Source of the DNA: Macrostomum lignano
Taxonomy: Eukaryota
Direction: 5' to 3'
NCBI GenBank assembly: GCA_002269645.1
Contig: NIVC01000186.1
Coordinates: 620,001 to 684,000, forward strand
Length of the DNA stretch: 64,000 bases
Part shown: positions 1 to 13,539 of the stretch, piece by piece
How positions within the stretch are numbered: the stretch's first letter is position 1
Layout: the number at the start of each line of letters is the position of its first letter
The notes under the pieces: model-generated
Database searches by the model: none
Told to the model about the DNA's origin: nothing
What the model saw: only the letters and a program-made list of their open reading frames with translations
Position numbers and translations under genes: made by a program

Positions 1-1465
1 TGTACAATTATTCAATCATGAAAATCTATACCCAAAATGCATATTTAAAAATTCAACAATAGAGCCTTGAAATTCATCTGTTTGAGACCGAATGATACAT
101 CGGGCAGCTATCTAAATATTTCAAGCTTAGTAAACCACAAATGTGAGTTTAGGGTAACTTTGAAGCATAATGCATATGATTACGACGTCGTTATGCGTTT
201 TATCAACATTTCTTTGTTTTGGTCGCTGAATTGATCAGTAGTATGCGAAAGTAAAAATTTAAATTTTATTTCGCCCGTATTTTTACATTGTTCCTCTTCT
301 ATCAGTAGACTAGTATGTAATAAGTAGTATAATTGGACTGTTTTTATTCAAATAGAATTTTAAAGCTAGTTCTATATGCCTCCATTTTATGCATTTTTGT
401 GCTTTTATGCCTTTTGAATGCTTAGAATTTTTTTAGTATTGTGAATTGCATATTAGGCCTATCTTCGACTTCAATTAATGTCTTGGGAGCAATGGGAGGT
501 TGATTAGGCCCCAGGTAAATGTCTGCGATTACCAGCCTGTTTGCTATTAGAGTTAGAGTTAGAGTTAGCAGAGTTCTTAACACGTGTTGTGCAATGCTAT
601 TTTTATTTAGGCTTATGAGTTTATAAGTAAAGAAATTAGGAGTTATTATTCTATTAGAATGCTCACTAAAATACAACCTCACTAGGGTCTAGGCCTATTA
701 CTGTGTGTATAAATATAAATATATAGCATTGGCCTAGGCTAGGCCTATCCAATGGCAATAGATTAATTGCCAAAACTCATCCTTGCCTTTAGATTTTTAA
801 AACAATTAGCCAATAACCTGCCTAGGCCTAGACCCTATTTTAAAAAAATATTTATGTTACTGCAATTGGGCCCTGTTAGTTTCATTTTTGTTTAATTGTT
901 TTTAATTGTAATTATTTATATTAGGGCCTATATTCCAAACCAAAAGCCATTTCTAACTTCCATTTTTATATGAAGGAAGGGACCAATTTTTTAAATAGAT
1001 TTGCAATAAGTTTTTTGTTCAGGTTATAATATAATAAAATAAGACATTTTTTTAATTAATTGAAATCTAGCCATACTCTGGAAGGCATACATCATGCCAA
1101 AAAATTCTGGTGGGCATTTGGTTTGGCCTAAAAATTGTGGCATGCATTGGCATATATTTGGGTATTGCATGCCAAAAGTGGCATGTTGATGTGCTATAGA
1201 ATGATATAGCTAGCATAGAATATGGCCTGGCATGATAGTAGGTCATGTTTTGTTGAGACAAAAGTTTGTGAAAAGATATGGTCTTATAAAGACAAGAAGT
1301 TATACTTATTTTTATTGCAAAATGACAAGTAAATTTTAATGTGTCAAAAGCAATGTTATATACTTGCATGCTACAAAAGTTTTTAAAAATGTTAAAGACT
1401 TAGTTTTTTGAAGTGAATTTTTTAAACATACAAAGTTGCATGTTTTTTTTGTAACATTATTTTGG

Positions 1466-1562
1466 CATGCATTTGCTTTGCTTGGCATTGGCATGCATCT
1501 ACTTAGCACTAGTGTGTATCTACTTAGCATTGGCATGCATCTACTTGGCACTGGCATGCATT
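1466..1562. repeat. ~21-bp minisatellite
   Basis: TGGCATGCATCTACTTAGCAC-like units, about 4 copies. Confidence 0.75.
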
Positions 1563-2570
1563 GGTTCAGAGCATTTTAGCATGAATTCAACTAGAAATAT
1601 AGTAGGCTTGTATTATTTCAAATATTCCTTTTTATATTATATTTATAATCTAGCCTATTATTTCAGATTTTTGCTATTGCTATTTCTAATTTTTTATAGC
1701 CTTTTAGGCTTTTAATATTTGTATCTATCTAAGGGCCTATGCCCTGCTATAGCTTATTAATTTACTATCCCTCTTAGTGCCCCCTTTCAGGATAGCCAAG
1801 AAGCAAAGAAAAAAATTAAGGAATGAAGCCTTTTATCTATCAAAGTTTTTATGTATAAGCATTAGTTTTAATTTTTAATCCATTTTCAAAGCTAATATGT
1901 CAAAAGAGGTAATGTAAAAACAGAATAAATAGTCATTTATAATGCTTAGTTCAAGGTTATTAAGGTTATAAACATAGCAAAAATAGTCTATAGAAGCTTG
2001 ATAGTGCAATGTATTGAGCTTTTTATTCTATATGAATAGTAGTCACTATAAATTACAAAGTTTTAAATATAGATTAAAATTTATTGTATAGTGGACTAGA
2101 TCACAAACAATATTGCTTTAAATTAAAAAAATGAAAAGCCATTCAGCCCATGCTTATTTGCTTATATCCATTGTTATTGATATTATAGTTTTTATAAAAA
2201 AAGTTATTTTACTTTATATAGTTATATTTTTGACAATTTTTTGTGAAAAACTGTTGCAATAGCCACTAGCCAGTTACAATTCAGAATGCTGTGCATACAT
2301 ATAAAATTTATAATTTATTAGTTTATTTATCCTCAGTCTTGGCCTACTACTATGTAGTAGTAAGTCTAGTTTGTTAGAGTCTATAATTATTACTTTTACT
2401 TTTAAAATTAGATTAGTACTAGAGCGTTATGGACATTCAAGCATACAAACCTTAGAGATTTAGTATATTTAGATTGTCAACGTTTATTCATGCTTCTCTG
2501 CATTTAGCGTCTGCATAAAATACCTGGCTGCTCAATAACAAAGCATATAATATTAAAGAATACAAGCAAA

Positions 2571-5500
2571 ATGACAGACAGCAAGCCTCCTGTTTCGGGC
2601 ACTCGCACCCGGTCTGGTCGCCTGTCGCGCAAAGTCAAAGAGGACGTGCCGCTGGACACCCCAAAAGGCGTCGACAGCGAAGAAGACGACGAGGAAGAGG
2701 TTGTTGTTCGCGTTGGCCGGTCCAACGCCGCGGCCGCGGCCCTGTCAGCAGAAGAGGACTCAGATTATGAGCCGGACGCTTCGCCAAAGCATCCCGGACG
2801 CGGCGGCGCTTCGTCGGCAAGGCGGACTCCCGGCAGGCGCGGCGGCGGCAAGATCGGCCGACCAGCCAGCGCTCGGCGCAGCGCCGCTAATGGCTCCGGC
2901 GCCAGGGCCGACTTGTTCGAAGAGGACGAAGACGACGATGCCGTGGTTGGCGGAGCTAAGCGAGACATCTACGATTTCGATGCTCAGAGCATCATCTCCG
3001 AGGATCAGCGACGGACGCCGGCCTCCGGTCAGAAGCGACGCGGCCGTCCCCCCGGCGGCGGAGCTGCTTCGGGTCGTCGCGCCGCTACTGGCGGAGCCGG
3101 CGACGCGGCTGCAACGCCCGCGGCTGCGATGTCGGCTTCAACAACCGCCAAGTCCAGTTGGGGCTCCAATATTTACAGCAGCATCGCTACGGCGCTAAAA
3201 AGTCGAGCCGACCTGGACGTGTACACCAGTTTTCTAAAGAGTTCAGTGCGCAACGACGAGCTGGATGCTCTGTACACCGAAGTGTGCAAGCCTAGCAACA
3301 ATCACTCTTCTATATTTTACGGTCCAAGCGCCGCTCTGCAGAGCATGATGTCACGTATTAATAATCACGACAAGATTATTGAAATATTGCGCAACTTGAT
3401 GGCTCGCGACCTGGACGGTTTAGTTAATCGGGCGGTGTACATTGTGCCGATTGTTCAACAGCCGCTGCTCAGCGCCGAGTACCTGCCCCAGATTGGCCGG
3501 CATTCTGGCGATCAACAGCTCCGAGTTGACTGCGGCTACAGCCTCGAGTCGGACGTTAATCTGCTGTCGGCTCGATTCGATCTCGGTTACAAATCTGGCG
3601 GCATCTCAACTATAGTTGTTAGCGATGCATTTTTTCAACGCCTATTCAGCGCCATACAGAGCGGCGACGCGGATGAATGCCGGCTGTTAGTTGCTCTCAC
3701 CGAGGACAACCAGCTCGTGGCCATAGCTCTAGTCCGGCCGGACGAGTCTGCCGCGGTGCCCTACAAGCTCAAGAAGCCAATCTTTGAATCCTCCGTTGAC
3801 GTTGACGAGCAGCCGTCGGCCGCACCGATGCCGTCTACGCAGCCGCCGCTGTCGTCGGCCAGCTGGCCAGAGGCCGAATCGTCGGCTAAAAGTACAGCGG
3901 AATGGCTGAAGCAGGCCGACGCTATCGAGTCGGCGTTTAACTCGGCTCCAAGCAGCGACGGTGGTTCGCCGCTTCGCCTGCTAGACGCTGTCGTACTCAA
4001 GCCCAATGGTAAACGCGACGTACTGCTTCTGTTCACTGGGCGAAAGCCGGACGGGCAAATATTCTGCATTATCGACGAGCACCGGTTTATGTACCAGCGA
4101 TTCGGATTCTCCAAGGAGGTACCAATTAGCCTGGAGGGCATGGTGACCGCCTATCCGGAGGATCTGCTGTCCGAGAAGAGCCTACTAGTTGTACCGGACG
4201 CTGTATTCAAATCGTACAAGAAACTGCTATCTAAAAGTGTAGCCTCCGCTCCCGCCTCGGTGCAGTCCAAATTCGTACTGTTGGATTCGTTTAAAAAGAC
4301 TCCGCTTGGCGTTGTCATGACGGCTAATGCTACACTGCGCGTGCCCGAGATTGACGCGTCGGCTCCGTTGAGCCTAGTCTGCCTCAATGGCCTATTGTAC
4401 GCACTGCGCATAGATAATCTAGTCGTATCCAAGGCTGTGTCTATCCTGCCTCTGCGCTATTTCTTGCGCAGCTGGTCGCCCGGCATGGTCCAGCCTACCA
4501 TGGGTAGTTATTGGGAGGCCGAGGGTAAACAGGTGAGACAGTGTAGTTTAATAGATTCGTAACTTAGAACTGATTGGGGATGCTATTTAAGTGGCACCAC
4601 TGTCCAGATATTGTAGAGAATTTTTCCAGTAATGGAGGCAAAAGTCTTGCGATAATATTTTATTGTAATTTTGGCGCTTTAAGTCAAGATTATAGCGCCA
4701 AGATCAAGATTATAGTGCCAAAGTCAAGATTACAGCGCCAAGGTCAAGATTATAGCGCCAAAGTCAAGATTATAGCGCCAAAGTCAAGATTATAGTGCCA
4801 AAGTCAAGATTATAGTGCCAAAGTCAAGATTATAGTGCCAAGATCAAGATTATAGTGCCAAGATCAAGATTATAGTGCCAAAGTCAAGATTATAGCGCCA
4901 AAGTCAAGATTATAGCGCCAAGATCAAGATTATAGCGCCAAGATCAAGATTATAGCGCCAAAGTCAAGATTATAGCGCCAAAGTCAAGATTATAGTGCCA
5001 AAGTCAAGATTATAGTGCCAGAGTCAAGATTATAGTGCCAAAGTCAAGATTACAGCGCCAAGATCAAGATAACAGCGCCAAAGTCAAGATTACAGCGCCA
5101 AGATCAAGATTATAGCGCCAGGGTCACCTAATTTTGTTATTTTATCTTCCAAAGTAGCAAATAGTTTCTTTACTTTCTACTCAAATAGAATTACGAGTAG
5201 TATAAAATGATACTTTATTTTTTTCCTTTCACTTCAGGTGACCATCGAGATGGAAGGCGACCCGGCCATAGCCGGACAGTCCAGCCCAGCCGCGCTATAC
5301 GATCGGTACGCTTCCCACGAGTGGCAGCGCGCTCTAGACAGATTTGTAGACGACTTTCTACAGCGTAGCCTGGCCTCTCCAGTTGAGGTTAGCCTCTACG
5401 ATCAGGTGTTCCGCATGGCCCAGGCTAGCACACCGGAAGTTGTGGAAGTTCCTTCTTCATCAACTGGCCAATCGGCCGCAGCAGGGGCCGCTGCCGCAGC

Positions 5501-8500
5501 AGCCGCGGCTGCTTCAGCTACCGGTGCCGACGCCCCGGCTTCCGCCGCAGCCCAGATGGAACAATGGGGCGTCTGCAGCATCTGCGCTAAAGAATTGAAA
5601 GCTCTTAGCTCGCTATTCGATCACGAGATGCGGCACCTCGGCTGCAATAAATTCTCTTGCAGCGAGCATCCCGATTTTGTATTCCACGATCGCAAATCCT
5701 ACAAAGCCCACATGGACGAGGCGCACGCCGGCCAGAAGCTGCCAGACGAAGATTCGGACTTTGAAGAGGACGACATTGAACGACTTCGTCAGGCCATCGA
5801 TCCGAGGCAGTGCACCAGCTGTAAGGATTACTTTCCCAGCTCGCAGGCGTTCGATTTGCACAATAGTTCGTGCGACGGAGCCTCGTTCCAGACTCGGACG
5901 CCGCTGAATCGGGGCCTTGCTGGCCAGCGCAACAATCCCTATGTTGTTGTGTGCGGCATGTGCGGCTATTCTTTGTCGTCGCGAGATCGGCTTAAACGGC
6001 ATTTTATTAGCATGCACATGCAGTGCGCGATCTGCCAGGCTACGGCTGACACTATGGAGGGCATGTCGCAGCACTATAAATCTCATTCTGAGGCAGGCGT
6101 TACTGCGCCTGGGCCTAGGAAAATTTTTAACTGCGATCTGTGCGGCGATTTTTACGTGAGTAATATTCTTTGTTATTTATTCGGCTCAGTAACGGAGAAT
6201 TCTCAGCCTAGTGGTGGAATAATTCCTTTAACAGTAAAACGAATACTTCCCTATCAGTAACGAAAAATTCCCTTATCAGTAACAAATTATTCCCCATTCA
6301 GTAATGAAGAATTCTCTCCTCAGTAACCAATAATTCCCTTATCAGTAACAAATTATTCCCCATTCAGTAATGAAGAATTCTCTCCTCAGTAACCAATAAT
6401 TCCACGATCAGTAACAAATTATTCCCCATTCAGTAATGAAGAATTCTCTCCTCAGTAACCAATAATTCCACGATCAGTAACAAATTATTCCCCATTCAGT
6501 AATGAAGAATTCTCTCCTCAGTAAGCAATAATTCCACGATCAGTAACAAAGAATTTCCCATTCAGTAATGAAGACTTCTCTCCTCAGTAACCAATAATTC
6601 CACGATCAGTAACAAATTATTCCCCATTCAGTAATGAAGAATTCTCTCCTCAGTAACCAATAATTCCACGATCAGTAACAAATTATTCCCCATTCAGTAA
6701 TGAAGAATTCTCTCCTCAGTAACCAATAATTCCCTTATCAGTAACAAATTATTCCCCATTCAGTAATGAAGAATTCTCTCCTCAGTAAGCAATAATTCCA
6801 CGATCAGTAACAAAGAATTCCCCATTCAGTAATGAAGAATTCTCTCCTCAGTAACCAATAATTCCCTTATCAGTAACAAATTATTCCCCATTCAGTAATG
6901 AAGAATTCTCTCCTCAGTAACCAATAATTCCACGATCAGTAACAAATTATTCCCCATTCAGTAATAAAGAATTCTCTCCTCAGTAAGCAATAATTCCACG
7001 ATCAGTATAAAGGAATTTTCACATTCTATGCATAATTCTCCCATCAGTAACACAATATCGAATAAGTAACTCACTCTACTCACTAATAAAGAATACCTCC
7101 AATCAGTAGCAAAATAGCTGACGATTGGAAAAATAAAAAAAAAAACTACCTTAACTATGCTTTCCATATTATAAGTACGCGATTTATAATGCCGCACCAA
7201 CCGCAATGCTTCATTACTACTCGTCACCCCCCACCTCACAAACACAAATTGGCAGGGCACGAAGCACAACTTCTACTTTCACCAGTGGGCGGAGCACGGC
7301 ATCGCCCCCAGCGTCAAGGCCGATCTGGCCGGCGAGTCCGGCGTGAGCGGCGACAAGCACAGGAAACGGCGCAGCAAAGTTCAAGTGGCCAAAGACGAGC
7401 TGTCCTACCAGGCTACTGGCAATAAAAAGTTTAGCTGCAAATTCTGCAACACGGACGTACGCGTCACTGGTCAGGAGTACGTGAAACACCTGAGCACCAA
7501 GCACGGACTCAACGTTGATATTAATAATATCTGCCGTTGCTGCGGCGAGCTGTGCGAAAATACCGACCGTCTGTCCGAGCATCTTAGAGATGTACACGTG
7601 CCCGGCGGCGAGTACGTTAATGCCGGCATCCAGACCATCTTCCAGTGCGACGCCTGCCCGTTCTGGGGCTTCCTGCGCAGCGTGATGGATCATTCAAGGT
7701 TGGTTGGATTTGAGTTGCTAGAGTGCTATTCCTTTGCGGCTTCTGGGGTTCTATTTCTTCATCCTCAGTTGCTGGGCCAGCCCCCCCCCAGATCCTCAGT
7801 TGCTGGGCCAGCCTCCCAGATCCTCAGTTGCTAGGCCAGCCTCCCAGATCCTCAGTTGCTGGGCCAGCCTCCCAGATCCTCAGTTGCTGGGTCAGTCTCT
7901 CAGATCCTCAGTTGCTAGGCCAGCCTCCCAGATCCTCAGTTGCTGGGCCAGCCTCCCAGATCCTCAGTTGCTGGGTCAGTCTCTCAGATCCTCAGTTGCT
8001 AGGCCAGCCTCCCAGATCCTCAGTTGCTGGGCCAGCCTCCCAGATCCTCAGTTGCTGGGTCAGTCTCTCAGATCCTCAGTTGCTGGGCCAGCCTCCCAGA
8101 GTGTCAGTTGCTGGGCCAGCCTCCCAGAGTGTCAGTTGCTGGGCCAGCCTCCCAGAGTGTCAGTTGCTGGGCCAGCCTCCCACATCCTTGGGTTGGCTGT
8201 ACAACATATCAGAAACTCGCACACCTAATTACGCATACCATCCCTCCGACCCAGGATCGTGCACAAAGACACCAACCCGTCAGTGTACCAGTGTCACCAC
8301 TGCCAGGAGCGCTTCTCCGATCGCAAGCTGTGGCGCACCCATCTGGATAAGCACAACATGGCCATGTGTCATCAGTGCGACTACTGCGACAAGACCTTCC
8401 GGATGCGCACCTCTCTGCTGCAGCACGTGCGCAATCATCACAGCGCCGAGGAGGAGCCAGTCAACTGCGAATACTGCGGCCAGCAGTACCCGAAGCAGTC

Positions 8501-10168
8501 TGCCCTCAAGGCGCACATCTTTCGCATGCACTCGCTAGAAGGCCAGGAAATGAAATTCCAATGCGAAGTCTGCGAGCGACGTTTCCGACTCGAACCCGAA
8601 CTGCGCCGGCACATCAAAGAGATGCACAGTGGCCAGATTGAATGCGACATCTGCGGCAAGGAGTGCCCAAATCTGCGCTGCTACAGTCAGCACAGGCAAA
8701 AGCACTTCCGGACCAAGATATTCCAGTGCACTGACTGCCAGGCCACCTTCAAGTCCAAAATGGCCATGAAGCGGCATATCAGAGTTGAGCATCTCAATCT
8801 GGGGCCGGAGCGCTACGAGTGCCAGATCTGCGGCAAGGTCTGTCTGCTAGGGGACTGGGAGATGTTGTACTTGGGAGTTGTTCAAGCTAGGATTAGCGGC
8901 AGTTCACTGAGTGCATCGAGCTGGGATTAGCGGCAGGTCACTTAGTGGTTCGAGCTGGGATTAGCGGCAGTTCACTGAGTGGTTCAAGCAGGGATTAGCG
9001 GCAGGTCACTGAGTGGTTCAAGCTGGGATTAGCGGCAGGTCACTGAGTGGTTCGAGCTGGGATTAGCGGCAGGTCACTGAGTGGTTCGAGCTGGGATTAG
9101 CGGCAGTTCACTGAGTGCATCGAGCTGGGATTAGCGGCAGTTCACTGAGTGGTTCGAGCTGGGATTAGCGGCAGTTCACTGAGTGGTTCGAGCTGGGATT
9201 AGCGGCAGGTCACTGAGTGGTTCAAGCTGGGATTAGCGGCAGGTCACTGAGTGGTTCGAGCTGGGATTAGCGGCAGGTCACTGAGTGGTTCGAGCTGGGA
9301 TTAGCGGCAGTTCACTGAGTGCATCGAGCTGGGATTAGCGGCAGTTCACTGAGTGCATCGAGCTGGGATTAGCGGCAGGTCACTGAGTGTTTCGAGCTGG
9401 GATTAGCGGCAGTTCACTGAGTGGTTCAAGCGGGGATTAGCGGCAGGTCACTGAGTGGTTCGAGCTGGGATTAGCGGCAGTTCACTGAGTGATTCGAGCT
9501 GGGGTCAGCGGCAGGTCAGTGAGTTGTAATCAAGTACAATTTATTATTGTGCTACAGACAATAAATTATGATATCATCTCAACGCATCGCAACAGGTGGT
9601 AACGCAGATCGCTATGCACATGCTGACGCACAAGGAGGCGAAATACGAGTGCGAAGTGTGCGGCAAGCGGTTCACCAAGTCCACTTATTATAACGAGCAC
9701 GTGCGCATTCACAAAGGCGAGAAGCCGTTCATGTGCCACCTGTGCGGCCGCCGGTTCAACAAGAAATCCAACCTAAATGTGCACGTCCGGTTCCACGAGA
9801 AGCACCGCGACAAGGACGGCAATTATCTGGAACTGAAGAACCAGAACCGCGGCACCTATCCTACTATTGTTGTGCAGTCGCCGTCCGACGTGCCCAAAAC
9901 CGACGCCGTCACCGACACGCACGACGACGCCGACGCTCGTGCCATCCTAGGCCTCGAGGCCGGGGCCGCCTGCGACACGGCCGACTTGGCCGCCTTCGCC
10001 GACGATCCTGTTGGCGCCGCCGCTGCTGCCGGGCTCCGCGTGCTGACTCCGCGGGCCGCCACCGGCGAGCCAGTGTTCAAGAAGCCCAAAGTTGAGCCCA
10101 AACCGTCGGCTGCTGCCGCCGCCCCTGCCGCCGCCTCCGCTTCATCAACTGACGCTGGAAACAATTGA
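2571..10168 (+). CDS. AT-hook and multi-C2H2 zinc-finger protein (~1482 aa, 5 exons)
   Basis: Exons 2571-4532, 5238-6155, 7286-7698, 8255-8837, 9596-10168. All introns are GT-AG with matching phases (0,0,2,0). Splicing completes fingers across junctions (CDACPFWGFLRSVMDHSR|IVH; CQICGK|VVTQIAMHMLTH). AT-hook-like KRRGRPPG in exon 1. About 17 CxxC...H..H/C motifs, including a canonical HKGEKPF linker. Confidence 0.85.
4681..5121. repeat. 20-bp minisatellite, zinc-finger gene intron 1
   Basis: AAGTCAAGATTATAGCGCCA units, about 22 copies. Confidence 0.95.
6255..7005. repeat. 66-bp (3x22) higher-order minisatellite, intron 2
   Basis: CAGTAA-initiated 22-mers recurring with 66-bp period. Confidence 0.92.
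7768..8185. repeat. 28-bp minisatellite with 84-bp higher-order unit, intron 3
   Basis: CCTCCCAGATCCTCAGTTGCTGGGCCAG; variants recur every third unit. Confidence 0.92.
8884..9515. repeat. 34-bp minisatellite, intron 4
   Basis: GAGCTGGGATTAGCGGCAGGTCACTGAGTGGTTC, about 18 copies. Confidence 0.95.
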
Positions 10169-10269
10169 GATCTTGTCAGCATCGATTGACCTTTGACAGT
10201 TTCACATTTTTTCTGGTCTGACAGTTTTGTTCTAATGTTTATGAATGCCCACAGTTACTGTAATAATAA

Positions 10270-10540
10270 CTTAGTTGGGTCACTCGGCATATTTGCGTGT
10301 ATACTACTTTCGGTTTAGTAAAAAGTTCAATGGTGAAGCATTTTAATGTATCTTTTAATATCAATTATTGGGCGACCCCTCAGCCCCCGACACGCCGCCC
10401 AATTTTTATGCACCCAAAATGGCCGCACCAATAGCGAGCTGTTTTCATAAAATTGCTTACACATGCTTCTCTGCTACTGAACTGAAAGTAGGCAAACTGC
10501 TTTACCAAGCCAATATACGCCTGAGTGGCCCAAATAGTTA
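10270..10540. mobile_element. MITE family A, copy 1
   Basis: Imperfect long TIRs TTGGGTCACTCGGCATAT ... ATATACGCCTGAGTGGCCCAA; internal CTACTTTC..AGTA / TGCTACTGAACTGAAAGTAG inverted pair. Confidence 0.6.
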
Positions 10541-12109
10541 TTTAATAAATCCTTATCCTTACTCTATCCTTACTGTTGTAATCTGTTGTGTTTTCTCAAT
10601 AATATAATAATATTGATGTCGCTTTTTAACGCTTATTTAATTCGTGTCTCTCTAAGCTACTGTCAGTAGACCGCTAATCCAACTGAGAAAGCACTGATAT
10701 TTTTTTATTTTATCGTCCGACTTTTTCCGCTCTGTTTTAACTTGTCTCGCTTTTTTATTTAACAAATTTTCTGACCGCCAGCATATTAATGTCAATGAAA
10801 TTAATCCTGACTGTACTACTAATATTCACCTGTTATTCAGTAGTATATTAAATAGCACAACTGATCAAGCGAATTATTAAAAACTGATAGCACTTTTTCT
10901 ATACTTGTAGGACTCGACATTTTAAAACATTTTTTATCATTTCTTGTTACCGCTTGTTATGAATTTCTATGCTTGGCTTCACGCACCTTTGTCTGAGCAC
11001 GCTTGTTAAAGCGAAATGAATCATTTTTTGCAAATATAATAAAAAAATTAACTGAAAACATTTTATTGTCGCTTGCTATATAGCTGTGTGTGTTGTTTGT
11101 CATTTTGCACACTGCTTTGCTAATGCTTTGATATATGATAATATCCTATTTGAATGCACTTTTTTCTGTCTCCTCCGCCTCCCAATATCTAAGCAATTTT
11201 TTTTCAATTCGTTTTTTTCATCTCTAACTGTCTTGTTTAGTTTGCAAATTAGCAAAAAAATTGAGAATCAACATTGCACAGGTTATCCCAGTGTGTGTTT
11301 TTTTTATTTTAGCTTCGTTATGCGAGCCTGGTGTTTAATAATCTAGTTTATAATAGTTTAATAATCTGTAGTGATGCGTGTGTGCTGCATGGTAGTCCAC
11401 AGTCTAATTGTACTCTTTATAGTTAATGTTGTTCTATAAGCACCTTATTTAATTTGTCCCGTCTATGTGTATACGGTAGCAGTTTTATGCTGACTATATA
11501 TAATCACCCTATCGATAAGTAAAATATTTATTCGACGTCGAAAATTGACTGTTTATTTGCAACCATAATAATGTTACTAATAGTAGTAGTTCGTAAAATG
11601 ATAAAATATTGCAATAAATCAATCAATGGGATGGCTTCTAATTTATTATTAGAAGATGAGTTCAGCAATTGGAGATATGTTTTGTTCCAGCGTGTGTATT
11701 GCCGGTGCGTTTTAATAAAACAAAACAATAAACCCCGTGTTCCGTTTATTATACCAATTATTGCATAAACAAAAATGTGCTTCTTTATTTTGACTTCCTT
11801 ATTTATTAAAGAATTCGTTATATTTAACAGCGTGGAATACGATCAATAACTGGAGTCATTTAAGGTTAGAAAGAATTAAAAAGTAGGGTATTTGGGATTG
11901 CCAGCTCAAGGCTTGTATAGCCTCAAGTTACGAGGGTGTCCGGAAAGTTCTGATACTTTTAATCCCAGAGCAAAGCGGTAGCTGCTGAGAGCACAACTTT
12001 GGCGTCATTTTAAAGCGGCACATCTCTTCTTTCCAATGAATGCAAGTTCGAGCGTACACAAAACGGCTCTAATATACAGTGCATGCCACAGATACTAAAT
12101 TAAAGAACT

Positions 12110-12525
12110 AGATGGGGACCACTCTGGCATATATGCTTAGCAAAACAGCTTTCTACTTTCAGTTCAGTAGCAAAGAAGAATATATAAGCTATTTTATAAG
12201 AAGGCAGCTAAAACAACTTTGATAAGTTTACACTAGGAGCCAAGCTTGCAGGCACAAACAATTTGCTAATTGGTTCACCAATAATGTACATTAGCCAGTC
12301 CACTGAAATGTACATGGCAGCTTTAGGCTGAAATTCCGAGAAAGGCAATAAAAATTGGGGCGGGCCGGGGGTAGTGTGGAAAGGCGGTTGGAGGGTTTAG
12401 GCTGGGGGGTAAAAGCCAACAAATTAGCTTCAAAAATACAGTAAAATGCTTCTGTTTAACTTGCTACTGAACTGAAAGTAGTTTACACGCAAATGTGATG
12501 AGTGGCCCATCCAGTAACCAGTTAT
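12110..12525. mobile_element. MITE family A, copy 2 (inverted relative to copy 3)
   Basis: Shares TGCTACTGAACTGAAAGTAG and GAGTGGCCCA with copy 1; 12281-12375 is the reverse complement of about 14065-14162. Confidence 0.55.
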
Positions 12526-12909
12526 TCTAGTATCTGTGGTGCAGCACTCTCCGTCTACCTTTCTGTGTTGAGTATTTTATACACTCCGCCACTTGTAAGC
12601 AAATCTCACTATTTTGCGACTTGCGAAATTTCGTTTAGTCAAGCGTTTTGATTTTTGTGATTATTGATACCATCATGAGTGTGCAATCGAAAGAAGGCCA
12701 AAGGCACGGAATGCTCAAGCGATGGGAAAAGTGTGTTGCTACAGGTGGAGACGGTGAAGGCTGCCTTGAAGGTTGATGACGATGAATAATTAGTTAGTCA
12801 GTTAGCACACTAGTTGCGAGTAGTTAACAAGCAGTCATTCCCCATTCTGCCCATTCCACTGACCCCTGAGTGGGGTCCTGACTCACATCGTCAGCAAGAG
12901 CCCATTGCT

Positions 12910-13323
12910 GGGTCGCTTTCACAAGCGCTAATTTTCATAACCGCTAACGACATTGACTTTCACAAGCGCTAAACTTCATAATAGCTAAAAATTTGCCGCC
13001 TACTTTCACAAGCGCTAAACTTCACAAACGCTAAACTTCACAAACGCTAAACTTCACAATCCCCAAAACACGAATGTCGGCTTCTTTTACAAGCGCTAAA
13101 ATGTTAATATACTATATACACTAATATACTAATACTAATATACTATACTAATACACTAATATACTACTTTAGCGCTTGTGAAAGTAGGCGACATTTGTGT
13201 TTTAGCGGTTGTGAAGTTTAGCGTTTGTGGAAGTAGGTAGTGAATTTTAGCTATTATGAAGTTTAGCGCTTGTGAAAGTAAGTGAGTTAGCGGTTATGAA
13301 AATTAGAGCTTGTGAAGCCTCCC
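12910..13323. mobile_element. Foldback MITE with long modular inverted arms
   Basis: Arms of TTTCACAAGCGCTAA repeats mirrored across an (ATACTA)-like centre; flanked by CCCATTGCT direct repeats (8-9-bp TSD). Confidence 0.8.
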
Positions 13324-13539
13324 CCCATTGCTGTGCAGTGCATGAACCCCAAATTACTGACTGCTCGGACTGCGTGACCGCTTCTTCACATTCTTAGTGA
13401 CCTTTAATGTATCTGATTTCATCACTAGTTTAATATGTTATGTTTTTTTAAACAATATTTTACTGGAATCAGTGAACTATGCATTTATCAATCATCCGAG
13501 CTGCCTATTGAGAAAAATCTGAAAAACGGATGCGATAAC

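Noticed and set aside
11929-12070. Mariner-like left terminus (TA-CGAGGGTGTCCGGAAAGT)
   Set aside because: No matching right TIR or transposase sequence found; too little to annotate.
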